64,000 bases of DNA from Actinomycetes bacterium (lineage in GTDB: Bacteria > Actinomycetota > Acidimicrobiia > Acidimicrobiales > JABEUL01): contig JAJYDO010000003.1 in NCBI GenBank assembly GCA_021777355.1, forward strand, positions 8,332 to 72,331. The letters are read 5' to 3'. The position numbers were made by a program, and so were the translations under genes. Positions 15,382 to 25,862 of this stretch are shown here, piece by piece. The stretch's first letter is position 1. Every line of letters starts with the position of its first letter. The notes beneath the pieces are model-generated. The model searched no databases, was not told the origin of the DNA, and saw nothing but the letters and a program-made list of their open reading frames with translations.

Positions 15382-16503
15382 TTAAATCAGTCCCCTTTCA
15401 ACTGCCATGTCCATTAAAGTCGCCGGCGGCCTGGCCCCTAATAAAGAAATTACTTCGGCCGCACTTAGAGAACCCAAACTACCTGCTTTGTGAAGGCTTT
15501 CTCCTAATAGCAAGCCAGCTAAAAATCCTGCCGCAAAAAGATCACCAGCACCTGTGGTGTCAATTACTCGGTCGACAACTGTGGAATCAATGTTATATTT
15601 TTCCCCCTTAGAGATAACCACTGCACCTTTAGACCCTGCAGTTAAAGCTGCCAATAAGCTATCTTTCATAAAAGCTTTTAGCGCCTCGTCAAAACTTTGT
15701 GCTCCTGCTAAAATCTGTGTCTCATCTGAGTTGGCAAAAACAATGTCTGCAAGTCCCCCGAAGACGATTTCACTGAGTTCGTGCCTATACCTTTCCACCA
15801 CGAACGGGTCCGAAAGCGAAATCGCTACTATCGTGCCGCTTTTTTTGGCAGTATCTATTGCTTTGAACAAGGTCTCTTTGGCAACCGGAGAATCAAATAG
15901 ATATCCTTCTAAGTACAGAATCGATGATGAATTTATGGCATTTTCAAGGTGTTCGCTATATATCACTTCAGAAGCTGCACCTAGATAAGTAGCCATTGAC
16001 CTCTCGGCGTCCGGAGTTACTAAGACATGGCAGATCCCGCTTCCGTGTGCTTTGGCCTCAAGGGGTTCCATGCCGATACAAGTAACGCCGATTTGGCGCA
16101 AGTCATCTATAAAGTGTGAGCCGATCGAGTCGTCAGAAACACTTCCGACAAAGGCGGCCCTGATGCCTAGGTTTGCAAGTCCTGCCATTGTATTGGCTGC
16201 CGATCCGCCAGAAACCTGGCTGAATTTCAATCCCTTTTCAATAATTTGGCCTTCAATATCAAGGGCTTTTTCCCTGTCCACAAGTGTCATTGCCCCTTTT
16301 GCCATACCCAATTTCTCAATATCTGAGTCCTGGCTATATGCGAGTCGATCCACGATTGCGTTGCCGATTCCAAGCACGCCAAATAGTCTCTCTGGACCGT
16401 CGGGAATTGAAAAAGGCAGCTCAGAAGCTATTTTCACTTTGTTTTTGGCGCGAACGGATAAGGCAGAATTTACTCGATGATCAAAATTTGACGAATTAGA
16501 CAC
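15382..16503 (-). CDS. PfkB-family carbohydrate/adenosine kinase
   Basis: Has the PfkB signature DTTGAGDLFAAGFLAG and the N-terminal GIGNAIVD...GGSAANT. Only 1 nt separates it from the downstream GDPD gene. Confidence 0.85.
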   Translation of the reverse strand: MSNSSNFDHRVNSALSVRAKNKVKIASELPFSIPDGPERLFGVLGIGNAIVDRLAYSQDSDIEKLGMAKGAMTLVDREKALDIEGQIIEKGLKFSQVSGGSAANTMAGLANLGIRAAFVGSVSDDSIGSHFIDDLRQIGVTCIGMEPLEAKAHGSGICHVLVTPDAERSMATYLGAASEVIYSEHLENAINSSSILYLEGYLFDSPVAKETLFKAIDTAKKSGTIVAISLSDPFVVERYRHELSEIVFGGLADIVFANSDETQILAGAQSFDEALKAFMKDSLLAALTAGSKGAVVISKGEKYNIDSTVVDRVIDTTGAGDLFAAGFLAGLLLGESLHKAGSLGSLSAAEVISLLGARPPATLMDMAVERGLI

Positions 16504-16526
16504 AAATTAAAAGGTAGCGTGAATAC

Positions 16527-19238
16527 GTGACTAATGTGAACAACTCCCAAAATCATGAAGACGACTCCGACTACAGGTTGCCCAAAAACGCCAGGCCGGT
16601 TAAGTATGACCTTTTGTTGGCTCCTGACCTAAATAAGGCGTCTTTTGCCGGATCTGTAGTAGTCGAACTCGAAATCCAAGAAACTTCTCATAGCATTACC
16701 TGCAACGGAGCCGAATTGGAGGTAATTGGAGCCTCAATTTCAAATTCAGCATTATCGTCACTTGACGACTCGGCTGGTGAGATCAAATCCGTAAAAAACG
16801 ATATCGACGAGACTTTAGAGCGCTTAACGTTTAATTTTGAAACTCCCGTCGAACCGGGACGCTGGTTTCTCAAGATAAATTTCCGCGGAATTTTAAATGA
16901 TAAGCTTCGAGGATTTTATAAGTCCACTTTTGTTGACGAACAAGGCAACGAGAGAATTATTGCTACGACTCACTGTGAGGCAACCGATGCCAGACGGGCT
17001 TTCCCTTGCTGGGACGAGCCGGATCTAAAGGCCGTATTTAGCGTCAAGCTAGATGTCGACCAAGACCTTGTTGCCATTTCAAACTGGCCGGAGACCAAGT
17101 CAGCCGAGCTGGATGGAAACAAGAAGCGAGTATTTTTTGGCGATACCATCAAGATGTCGACTTACCTGGTCGCTTTCATAGTCGGTCCGATGGAGATATC
17201 TTCTCCTCGGGTAGTCGATGGGATTGAACTTAGAGTGATCCATGTTCCGGGTAAATCACATATGGCTCCTTTTGCCCTTGACATAGGAGAGCATTCACTT
17301 AAATTTTTTGCCAATTATTTCGATATTCCCTACCCAGGTGAGAAATTAGACCTGATTGCTCTTCCTGATTTTGCATTTGGCGCAATGGAAAACTTAGGCG
17401 CTGTCACATTTAGAGAGACTGCGCTTTTAGCCGATCCAAGAACGGCATCTCGGTCGGACTATGAAAGAGTTGCCGATGTTGTCGCCCATGAAATTGCCCA
17501 TATGTGGTTTGGCGATCTAGTAACTATGAAGTGGTGGAACGGTATTTGGCTAAATGAAGCTTTTGCAACATTTATGGAAATGCTTTGCGTGGATGCCTTT
17601 AGACCAGATTGGGAGAGATGGGTTACATTTGGTCTTTCAAGAGAGGCTGCCATGGGAGTTGACTCGTTGGCAAATACTCGCCCCATTGAATTTCCCGTTC
17701 GCCACCCAAGTGAAGCAGAAGGGATGTTTGATATCCTCACCTACCAAAAAGGTGCCGCAGTCTTAAGAATGCTGGAGCAGTTTATCTCACCTGAGGTTTT
17801 TCGAGATGGGATTCGAAACTACCTTAAAGCCCATGCTTATTCAAATACCGAGACATCCGATCTTTGGGACGCCTTGGAGTCAGCATCTAAGCGCGGCGCG
17901 CTGCCCGAAGGGATCAAAGAGGCAATCCCGGTTCGAGAAATGATGGATTCCTGGATATTCCAAGGTGGATACCCATTGGTGTCGGTTAAATTTCAAAATT
18001 CAAAGCTCTCGCTCTCCCAGAGCCCCTTTCAGCTAAATCCCAATACAGATAAGGGCGAAATTGGCAATACTTGGCTGATACCCGTAAAACTCTCAAATAC
18101 TTCAAAGGATGGCAATGAAATAGTCTCTCTCAGCCGTGTTCTAGAAAGTGAGCCTTTGCTAGATTCAGACAGCGAAAATCTCCTAGATCTTGCAAACATA
18201 AGTGATGGCAGTTACTTGAGCGCCAATAGAGGCGGGACAGGTTTTTATCGCGTGCTTATGGACTCGTCATTGTCAAGAAATTTCATCTCGTCGTTTGGAT
18301 CCAGACCGACATTGGAGCGATTCAACTATGTTTGCGATTCCTTTGCCACAACAATTGCAGGTATTAGTTCAATTGATGAGTTTATGTATGTAATCGAAGC
18401 CATTGGGAAATCCGGCGAGAAAGATTCCAACGTATGGGCCGTGGTTGCAAGTGCACTCAAGCTTTTTGAAAAGACATTAAGTGAGACTGATCAAGAGATT
18501 CTCGCAAGGGCGTCGAATAAATTAATATCTCGAACTTTGGATGAACTCACTTGGGAGCACAATCCTACTGAACCTGAAAACTACAGGACGTTAAGAAATT
18601 TGTTGCTCTCAATCGGTGGCACTTTGGGGATGAATCAAGACATTATCCAAAAGTCACGTGAACTTTTTGAAAAATCAGTCAAATCGGATGAAAAACTAGA
18701 TCCTGATTTGGCTTCGGCAATTCTTGATACTGTGGCCTCAAATGGCGGGGAATCAGAATATGAGGCAATCTTAAATCACTACAAAAACCCTGATAGTCCT
18801 CAAGATGAGCAGAGACATCTATTTGCCCTTGCCTTATTTAAAGACCCAAAACTCGTTGAACGGACCCTTAATCTTTCAATGACAGAAGTTAGAACCCAAA
18901 ACGCCCCATTTTTAATCCAGTCAATGCTAATCATCAAAAGTTCCCAAATGGCCACTTTTGAGTTCTTGGAGGCAAACTATAAAAAGATGTTGGAATCATT
19001 CCCCTCTCCCACAATCTCAAGGATGCTAGACGGCCTTAGGGGACTTTCCACCTTGGATGAAACCGGGAATGCGCCATTGTCAAGCAAAGCAGTTAAATTC
19101 ATCGAGCTAAATCCACCTCACTCAGGCAAGAAAACCGTAGATCAGGCCCTTGAGAGACTTTTAGTCAACGTAGAGTTTGAAAAGCGGATACGGCCTAGTT
19201 TACCTGGACTTTTGAGCGATTTAGCTGACAGGTTCTAA
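16527..19238 (+). CDS. pepN: Aminopeptidase N (M1 family)
   Basis: Contains GAMEN (FGAMENLG) and the zinc motif HEIAHMWFGDLVTMKWWNGIWLNEAFA (HExxH-x18-E). 903 aa, with a GTG start. Confidence 0.9.
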   Translation: MTNVNNSQNHEDDSDYRLPKNARPVKYDLLLAPDLNKASFAGSVVVELEIQETSHSITCNGAELEVIGASISNSALSSLDDSAGEIKSVKNDIDETLERLTFNFETPVEPGRWFLKINFRGILNDKLRGFYKSTFVDEQGNERIIATTHCEATDARRAFPCWDEPDLKAVFSVKLDVDQDLVAISNWPETKSAELDGNKKRVFFGDTIKMSTYLVAFIVGPMEISSPRVVDGIELRVIHVPGKSHMAPFALDIGEHSLKFFANYFDIPYPGEKLDLIALPDFAFGAMENLGAVTFRETALLADPRTASRSDYERVADVVAHEIAHMWFGDLVTMKWWNGIWLNEAFATFMEMLCVDAFRPDWERWVTFGLSREAAMGVDSLANTRPIEFPVRHPSEAEGMFDILTYQKGAAVLRMLEQFISPEVFRDGIRNYLKAHAYSNTETSDLWDALESASKRGALPEGIKEAIPVREMMDSWIFQGGYPLVSVKFQNSKLSLSQSPFQLNPNTDKGEIGNTWLIPVKLSNTSKDGNEIVSLSRVLESEPLLDSDSENLLDLANISDGSYLSANRGGTGFYRVLMDSSLSRNFISSFGSRPTLERFNYVCDSFATTIAGISSIDEFMYVIEAIGKSGEKDSNVWAVVASALKLFEKTLSETDQEILARASNKLISRTLDELTWEHNPTEPENYRTLRNLLLSIGGTLGMNQDIIQKSRELFEKSVKSDEKLDPDLASAILDTVASNGGESEYEAILNHYKNPDSPQDEQRHLFALALFKDPKLVERTLNLSMTEVRTQNAPFLIQSMLIIKSSQMATFEFLEANYKKMLESFPSPTISRMLDGLRGLSTLDETGNAPLSSKAVKFIELNPPHSGKKTVDQALERLLVNVEFEKRIRPSLPGLLSDLADRF

Positions 19239-19347
19239 ATAAAGATAACTTTCTCGTGACAAATCGGTGTTCAGTTTCTATACTTAATAGGTCACTCTAA
19301 GTCAGATCAGTATAAAGTACTTAAAACGCTAAGAATGAGGTGCGCCA

Positions 19348-21471
19348 TTGTCTGAAGGGCCCGACAACGTAATGCCAGAGAATCTGGACGTTGAAAAGCG
19401 TGCAGCGCTTTGGGACGCGCTTAGCATTCACTCGACAGATATTATTTCTTTAGTTTCTACGAATGGCAAAATACTGTGGACTACCCCGTCCGGAGCCAGG
19501 TTCTTTGATCTGGAAGATGCCAATTGGAAAATGAAGCCGATCTATGACTTGATTCATGATGATGACATAAAAAGAGTGAAGCGAGAGTTTTACTCTATGG
19601 GCGAGACAATGGGCTCAATAGTGGGTCCGGTTACTTTTCGGATAAAGACAAGGGACGGGTCCTGGCGATATATGGAGTCCATGGCCTGCAACCTTCTAGA
19701 TTCTCCTTCTGTAGAAGCCATTTTGTCTATTAGCAGGGATGTCACCGATCGCCAGGTGGCACTAATGGAGCTTGAAGAGAGCGAATCACGATATAGGCGT
19801 TTAGTTGAGCGTTCCCCGGAATCAATGGCGGTTTATCGCGATCAGCACATAATTTATGCAAATCCTGCCGGCCTGCGGCTGCTGGGGGCATCAAATGTAG
19901 AGCAACTTTCGAGGTATCCTATAGTTCAGTTGGTTCACCCAGAAGATCGCGAGTTGGCAAGAGAGGCCTTCTCACCCGTTGAGCAAGGACAGGAAATGAA
20001 CTCGGTGGAACTTCGGTTAGTCTCACTCGACGCGCAGTTGATACATGCAGAAATAATGGGAATTCCCATCATTTACGATGGAGAGCCCAGCGTACAGCTG
20101 CTTGTTAGGGACGTAACCGATCACAAGAGGGCAAAAGCAGCTCTTGAATACCAGACGCTTCATGATCCTCTAACGGGACTGCCCAACCGGGCCCTGTTTA
20201 TGGACCGGGTAGCGCAGGCTTTGAATCGAACGCAGAGAATCGGCGGCCATTTGATTGTCATGCTTGCAGATATAGACCGCTTCAAAATAGTTAATGACTC
20301 CCTTTCCCATACTGTCGGGGATCACATTTTGGTAGGGGTAGCACAAAGGCTTAGAGCTTGTTTCAGGCCTTCAGACACCGTTGCACGCTTTGGAGGCGAT
20401 GAGTTTGTAGTCCTATGCGAAGATACAGAAGATCTCACCAGCCTAGGGACCTTGGGAGAGCGTTTAGTTAGCAGCTTAGAAGAGCCAATTGTAGTAAATA
20501 ATGAGCCGTTCCATATCTCGCTTTCTGTCGGGATTGCCGAATCAACCGGTGGCACCTTAAGGGCCGACGATTTGGTGAGAGATGCCGACACTGCCATGAA
20601 CAGAGCTAAAGAGCGTGGCCGGAAGCGTTATGAGATATTCGATGAGAAGACAGGCACGGAGGTAGCAGGCAAGCTCCAGTTGGAATCAGCCCTTCGGCAC
20701 GGTATTTCTCACGGAGAACTAAGAGCGTATTATCAGCCCGTTGTAGATGCCAGAACAGGCGTGGTTACAGGTTGTGAGGCCCTTGTGAGGTGGCAACATC
20801 CAGAGCAGGGACTTATTCCACCTGCCAGTTTTATTCCTATTGCGGAGGATTCGGGATTAATAGTCCAGCTTGGAACATGGATGTTTGCTGAGGCATGTCG
20901 CCAGGCTAAAGAGTGGGAAGAGTTGATTCCAGAGGGCAGAGTATTTAAAATCTCAGTCAATCTTTCGGCCAGGCAGTTTTTGGACATGGGCCTTCTAGCT
21001 ACAGTTAAAGACATCCTGTCGGCAGCAAACTTAGATACCAATCGCATGCATATGGTTTTTGAAGTGACTGAATCCATGCTTATGGCTGACCCGGACGAAG
21101 CCGTATCGATTCTAAATGCGTTTAGAAATCTTGGCATTTCTATTGCAATCGATGACTTTGGGACCGGATACTCTTCTTTCTCCCATTTGAAGCGATTCCC
21201 TGTTGAGTCACTAAAAATTGATAGATCTTTCATAATTGGCATAGGTGCTGACAACGATGACGAGGCAATAGTGAGTGCAGTGGTGCAGCTTGCTCATGCT
21301 TTGAATTTGCAGGTTATTGCCGAAGGAGTAGAAACCACGGATCAGCTTCTGAAACTGCGTCAGATGAGTTGTGATTTTATTCAGGGTTACTACTTCGCCA
21401 AGCCTGCTCCAGCCGATGAATTGTATTCGATGATCGAAAGACCTTTCGAAGTTCCCGGCCTTGGTGATTAA
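19348..21471 (+). CDS. PAS-PAS-GGDEF-EAL c-di-GMP signalling protein
   Basis: Two PAS-like regions are followed by an intact GGDEF (RFGGDEFVV) and an EAL domain (GCEALVRW, EVTES, DDFGTGYSS, QGYYFAKP). Confidence 0.9.
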   Translation: MSEGPDNVMPENLDVEKRAALWDALSIHSTDIISLVSTNGKILWTTPSGARFFDLEDANWKMKPIYDLIHDDDIKRVKREFYSMGETMGSIVGPVTFRIKTRDGSWRYMESMACNLLDSPSVEAILSISRDVTDRQVALMELEESESRYRRLVERSPESMAVYRDQHIIYANPAGLRLLGASNVEQLSRYPIVQLVHPEDRELAREAFSPVEQGQEMNSVELRLVSLDAQLIHAEIMGIPIIYDGEPSVQLLVRDVTDHKRAKAALEYQTLHDPLTGLPNRALFMDRVAQALNRTQRIGGHLIVMLADIDRFKIVNDSLSHTVGDHILVGVAQRLRACFRPSDTVARFGGDEFVVLCEDTEDLTSLGTLGERLVSSLEEPIVVNNEPFHISLSVGIAESTGGTLRADDLVRDADTAMNRAKERGRKRYEIFDEKTGTEVAGKLQLESALRHGISHGELRAYYQPVVDARTGVVTGCEALVRWQHPEQGLIPPASFIPIAEDSGLIVQLGTWMFAEACRQAKEWEELIPEGRVFKISVNLSARQFLDMGLLATVKDILSAANLDTNRMHMVFEVTESMLMADPDEAVSILNAFRNLGISIAIDDFGTGYSSFSHLKRFPVESLKIDRSFIIGIGADNDDEAIVSAVVQLAHALNLQVIAEGVETTDQLLKLRQMSCDFIQGYYFAKPAPADELYSMIERPFEVPGLGD

Positions 21472-21493
21472 TTAATAATTCTTTGAATTTTTC

Positions 21494-22087
21494 ATGAATT
21501 TAGTAGCTGCACTAGCCACATTCTTGATTATTTTGCCTGCCGAACTTCCGGATAAGACAATGATCTCAGCAGTTATATTGGGGACCAAATATCGTCCTCT
21601 GCTCATATGGCTAGGAGCTTCCACTGCATTTTTGCTCCACGTAGTTATCGCAATAACCTTGGGAAATCTTATAACTAAACTCCCCCATATTTGGGTTGAA
21701 TCCATTGTGTCAGCGGTGTTCTTAGCCGGCGGACTATATCTTTTGCTCTCAAGTGAAAAAAACGAGGCTCACGAAGGAATTGAGCTGGTCCAAGAAGAAA
21801 TACCGAGGATACATCGTATCTTCTTTCTTGCATTTAGTGTGATCTTTGTCGGTGAATTTGGAGACCTCACCCAAATCATGGTTATAAATCTCGCAGCTAA
21901 ATACCACTCTCCACTCTCAGTTGGATTGGGCGCCTTTCTTGCACTCTCGCTGGTTGGGGCAATTGGAGCATACGGGGGCAAAACAATAGTTAGGATAGTT
22001 CCCTTAGGAAGGGTGAGAAAAGTAGCCGGAGTCGTTCTCGTTCTTTTTGCGCTTTATACTTTTCTTGCAACAGTAAAAGTTATTTAG
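21494..22087 (+). CDS. UPF0016/GDT1-TMEM165 family cation (Mn2+/Ca2+) transporter
   Basis: Two copies of the E-x-G-D-(K/R/L)-(T/S) signature are present: AELPDKT and GEFGDLTQ. The topology is six TM helices. Confidence 0.8.
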   Translation: MNLVAALATFLIILPAELPDKTMISAVILGTKYRPLLIWLGASTAFLLHVVIAITLGNLITKLPHIWVESIVSAVFLAGGLYLLLSSEKNEAHEGIELVQEEIPRIHRIFFLAFSVIFVGEFGDLTQIMVINLAAKYHSPLSVGLGAFLALSLVGAIGAYGGKTIVRIVPLGRVRKVAGVVLVLFALYTFLATVKVI

Positions 22088-22161
22088 GAATTCTTATAGT
22101 CTTCAAAGTTTTTTCCTTCGGATTATCCAGATTCAACAAATAGGATCAGAAATTATAGAAA

Positions 22162-22827
22162 ATGAAAAATACCTCAGAAATTAAAAAATCAATTGACAAA
22201 AACCTCTTGAAGCTGGCTCTGTCGACTAAAGGCTTTATGCCAGAAGATGAAGGTTTGGCGCTATATAAATATTTCAAACTCTCCGCAACTTCCAAAAGCT
22301 GTTGCGGCATGGAGATCGGAGCTTACTGCGGCAGGTCTACATTATTTCTTGGAGCCGCCGCAAAAGAAAGCGGGGCAACTTTATTTAGCCTTGACCACCA
22401 CAGGGGCTCAGAGGAAAACCAGATTGGTTGGGAACATCATGACAGAGAACTTTTTGATCCAATAACAGGTAAATTAGAGTCATTAAACAAGTGGCGAGAG
22501 TCAATTACGAAAGCGGATCTCGACCAAAGCGTGGTGGGTCTGGTTGGATATTCTGAAGTCGTAGCTAAGTTTTGGCAAACCTCGCTTGATTTCTTATTTA
22601 TTGATGGAGGCCACTCAAGGCCAAGCGCCTTTAAAGATTACAGAAATTGGGCCAAGCACGTGAAAAAGGGAGGAATTCTGGCAATTCACGATGTCTTTGA
22701 AAACCCCGAAGACGGCGGCCGTCCACCCTATGAGATCTTCCTTAGAGCCAAAGAGTCTAAAGCATTCGTCGAAATAGATTCTATGGGATCACTACGATTT
22801 CTAAGCAGGATCGCTCAAGGGATCTGA
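22162..22827 (+). CDS. Class I SAM-dependent methyltransferase (Methyltransf_24-like)
   Basis: Motifs MEIGAYCGRSTLFLG and FIDGGHS...ILAIHDV. The 3' end overlaps the convergent gene by 27 nt. Confidence 0.7.
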   Translation: MKNTSEIKKSIDKNLLKLALSTKGFMPEDEGLALYKYFKLSATSKSCCGMEIGAYCGRSTLFLGAAAKESGATLFSLDHHRGSEENQIGWEHHDRELFDPITGKLESLNKWRESITKADLDQSVVGLVGYSEVVAKFWQTSLDFLFIDGGHSRPSAFKDYRNWAKHVKKGGILAIHDVFENPEDGGRPPYEIFLRAKESKAFVEIDSMGSLRFLSRIAQGI

Positions 22828-23835
22828 TAGTTTCACAATTTCCGGAAGTCCGACTCCCCTAAAAAGGCCCGCCGCCAAAGAATCAGATCTAAGTGCATAA
22901 TCTGCAAGCATTACGGCAGCAGCAGTGTATGTCGATCTTTCCTGATACGGGAATGTCGACTTCTCAGGGTAGACAATTCCTGTCAAATAACTTCCGTCGT
23001 CTTGCCTATGAGCGTATGTGGCATCAAGAAGTTCTATTGCTTTATGGTCAATCCCGATCGCATTTAAAGCCAGTGCGCACTCGGCAGTTTCTGCTGCTGT
23101 GACCCATGGCCTATTTGAAACACATCTCACTCCTTTGTCTTGGAATACAAATGCGTCCCATGAGCTATCCAAATGCTCCTTGCCGCCGGCACCCTGCAAA
23201 ACCCCGCATAGCACTGGATAGTACCAATCCATCGCGTACTCTTTTTTTGGTTCAAATGACTCCGGCCGATACTGAATTGTCTCGCTCAACCTCGAAAGTG
23301 CCAGTTCCCAATCTGGAACTTCCATCCCTATTTCACGGGCAATTGCAATTGCGGCCCTGATCGACAGAGCAATGGATGAAGAGCCGGTTAACAGTGCATA
23401 TTTTCCGACGGTTCCGTCTGGCTCCTTGCACCAGAGAATCTCTCCTCCGGCACTAGCGAATCCAAGCACAAAATTTATGGCTTTCTCAACCATGGGAAAA
23501 CAGCTCTCCAAAAAAGCTCTGTCTTGAACTACCGCGAAGTGCTGCCAGATCCCAACTGCAGGATATGCACAAACATTGGTGTCAATTCTGTAATCTTTGA
23601 TTCCCTCTGCCACGTAATAGTTCCACCAAGATCCATCGGGAAGTTGATTGGAAGCCAACCAGGAATATGCTCTCTCGGCACTTTGTGTCCTCCCCGCAAT
23701 TGACAGCGCCATTGCAGCTTCAACATGGTTCCACGGATCGCTGTGCCCGCCTTCGAACCACAAAATCATTCCATTTTTAAGTTGGCACTTTTCAATTGAA
23801 TCAGCACTTTGTTGGAATTCTTCTTCGGTCAACAT
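22801..23835 (-). CDS. (alpha/alpha)6-barrel protein of the kind usually annotated 'prenyltransferase/squalene-oxidase repeat'
   Basis: 344 aa with repeated aromatic-rich helical hairpins (LPDGSWWNY, QDDGSYLTG, DWYYPVLCG). The start ATG shares one nucleotide with the upstream methyltransferase stop (TAATG). Confidence 0.5.
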   Translation of the reverse strand: MLTEEEFQQSADSIEKCQLKNGMILWFEGGHSDPWNHVEAAMALSIAGRTQSAERAYSWLASNQLPDGSWWNYYVAEGIKDYRIDTNVCAYPAVGIWQHFAVVQDRAFLESCFPMVEKAINFVLGFASAGGEILWCKEPDGTVGKYALLTGSSSIALSIRAAIAIAREIGMEVPDWELALSRLSETIQYRPESFEPKKEYAMDWYYPVLCGVLQGAGGKEHLDSSWDAFVFQDKGVRCVSNRPWVTAAETAECALALNAIGIDHKAIELLDATYAHRQDDGSYLTGIVYPEKSTFPYQERSTYTAAAVMLADYALRSDSLAAGLFRGVGLPEIVKLSDPLSDPA

Positions 23836-24548
23836 TATGACTCTTTCGTGGCATAAAAAACTATGCTTTTGCCCATAGCAGGATCTGCAATTTTGCTCAC
23901 ACTTTTCAATACTTTAGGAGCCTTAATAATTTCCCACTCTAAGAACTGGCGGTATTTGGCCACTGCAAAATTGTCATTATTTGAAACTCCGACTGCACAT
24001 TTGAGCCACCAATAAGGAGAGTGAAGACCGTGAGCATAGTGATGATAGGTCACATTGAGTCCCACCTGTGAAAGCCTTTCGTATACTTCTTGCCTTCTAT
24101 AAATTCGAACATGGCCGCCTGGCACGTCATGGTACTCGGTTGAAAATGCCCAGTTAACTAACTCGGGATAGAACCTCGGAACCGTCACGGCAATCGTCCC
24201 GCCAGGAGCCAAGACCCGAGACAGCTCAGACATTGCCCGCCTGTCCTCGGGAATATGTTCCAATACCTCAGAAGCAATAATTCGGTCAAAAGCCCCGTCG
24301 GGGAATGGAAGATTAAGGGCATCGCCTCGAAGTGCGACGGCCCTGGCTCCACTCGGTGCCTCGTTGCACTGGCCCATTGCCACGAACAGACCGGCCACGT
24401 TTTTAAGTTCAACGTCATCCTGGTCAAGTGCCACTACGTGGCCGCCTCGCCTAAATGACTCAAAAGCATGTCGCCCTGCTCCGCAACCCATGTCAAGTAT
24501 GCGCTCTCCGGGCACTAAACCCAGCCTCTTATAGTCGACTGTTAACAT
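23835..24548 (-). CDS. Class I SAM-dependent methyltransferase (Methyltransf_11-like)
   Basis: SAM motif I is ILDMGCGAGRHA, with an acidic post-I region VVALDQD. I prefer the start at ATG 24548, 1 nt after the GT4 stop. The ORF-track start at 24584 would overlap GT4 by 35 nt. Confidence 0.8.
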   Translation of the reverse strand: MLTVDYKRLGLVPGERILDMGCGAGRHAFESFRRGGHVVALDQDDVELKNVAGLFVAMGQCNEAPSGARAVALRGDALNLPFPDGAFDRIIASEVLEHIPEDRRAMSELSRVLAPGGTIAVTVPRFYPELVNWAFSTEYHDVPGGHVRIYRRQEVYERLSQVGLNVTYHHYAHGLHSPYWWLKCAVGVSNNDNFAVAKYRQFLEWEIIKAPKVLKSVSKIADPAMGKSIVFYATKES

Positions 24549-24549
24549 T

Positions 24550-25812
24550 TCAATAGCCCTTGTATTCCTTAAGGAGCTCAACATATTGCTCAGCAGTCCC
24601 TTTTGCCGTCACCTGCCAAGTGTAGCGCCCTAGAACCCTCTTTCTCCCTGCAGCTCCCAAACTTGCCCTGAGTTCGCGGTTTTCTAAAAGCTCGACAATA
24701 GCGTGGCTGAGAGCCGAAGGGTCATTGGGAGCAACCAGAAGGGCCGATTCTCCATCTTTGCCCACTACTTCGGGCAGTGCTCCGCCAGTTGTTGTAACAA
24801 GTGGAACCCCACAAGCCATAGCTTCAATGGCCGGAAGTGAAAAACCCTCGTAAAGCGAAGGAACCACCGCAACTTCTGCCTGAGCGTATAGATCAACAAT
24901 GTCTTGATCGCTAAGCCCGTGGAGGAAAGTCACGGCATCTCCCAGGTTAAGTCGATCCAATAGTTCAGGGATCTTCGATTCCGGCCTGAGTTTGCCAACT
25001 ACTATTAGCTCTGCGTGTCTCTCGGTCCGAACTTTTGCAAGCGCTTCCAGAAGGGGAACCAGCCCTTTCATGGGCACATCAGCTGACGCTGTAGTCATCA
25101 GCCTGCCGGGAACCCTCTCGACGTTCGGCATCGGCCTAAATACAGTATGATCAACTCCTACGGGAACTACATTGATTTTTTCAATATCGACTCCCAGTTG
25201 CTCAGATACGTCGTTCCTTGATGACTCAGATACAGTAATTACTCTTTGGACTTGACTCGCAACCCGCTTTTGCATGCCCAAAAATCCGTACCACCTTTTA
25301 AGGGAGAGTTTCCTTTTGAAAGTTGCGGCGTGAGATATGTCTAGCTCGCGATCTACTGTAATGGGGTGATGAATAGTTGCGATAAGTGGAAATCCGTCTT
25401 GCATTATTCCAAGAAGACCGGGGCCTAAACACTGGTTGTCATGAACAATGTCAAATTCTCCCAAGCGCTTAGAAAGCATCTTTCTCACCCTTAGGGAAAA
25501 CGTTCTGGGTTCGGGAAATCCCGCTGTTGCCATGACGGCATACTCCAACAGGTCGTAGCGGTCTTTGAATTCAGAAATCTTAGGTCTTCTGAAAGGATCC
25601 GGATCTCTATAGAGTTCAAGGCTTGGCACAGGAGTGAATTTAACTGCCGGATCTAAATCAGGATATGGGGGCCCTGAAAACACCTCCACTTGGTGGCCAA
25701 GCTTTGCCAATTCCGAGGTCAAATGACGCGTATAAACGCCTTGACCCCCGCATCTTGGATTTCCTCTATAAATGAGGAAAGCTATTCTTAGGACTTGATC
25801 GGACTCCGACAT
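24550..25812 (-). CDS. GT4-family glycosyltransferase
   Basis: N-terminal RCGGQGVYTRHLTSELAKLGHQVEVF and C-terminal VVPSLYEGFSLPAIEAMACGVPLVTT (E-x7-E region), both typical of GT-B/GT4 enzymes. Confidence 0.85.
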   Translation of the reverse strand: MSESDQVLRIAFLIYRGNPRCGGQGVYTRHLTSELAKLGHQVEVFSGPPYPDLDPAVKFTPVPSLELYRDPDPFRRPKISEFKDRYDLLEYAVMATAGFPEPRTFSLRVRKMLSKRLGEFDIVHDNQCLGPGLLGIMQDGFPLIATIHHPITVDRELDISHAATFKRKLSLKRWYGFLGMQKRVASQVQRVITVSESSRNDVSEQLGVDIEKINVVPVGVDHTVFRPMPNVERVPGRLMTTASADVPMKGLVPLLEALAKVRTERHAELIVVGKLRPESKIPELLDRLNLGDAVTFLHGLSDQDIVDLYAQAEVAVVPSLYEGFSLPAIEAMACGVPLVTTTGGALPEVVGKDGESALLVAPNDPSALSHAIVELLENRELRASLGAAGRKRVLGRYTWQVTAKGTAEQYVELLKEYKGY

Positions 25813-25862
25813 AGTCTAATAGCTTCCCTCATTTTAGGGCACCAGCGCAAATGCGCAGGTAG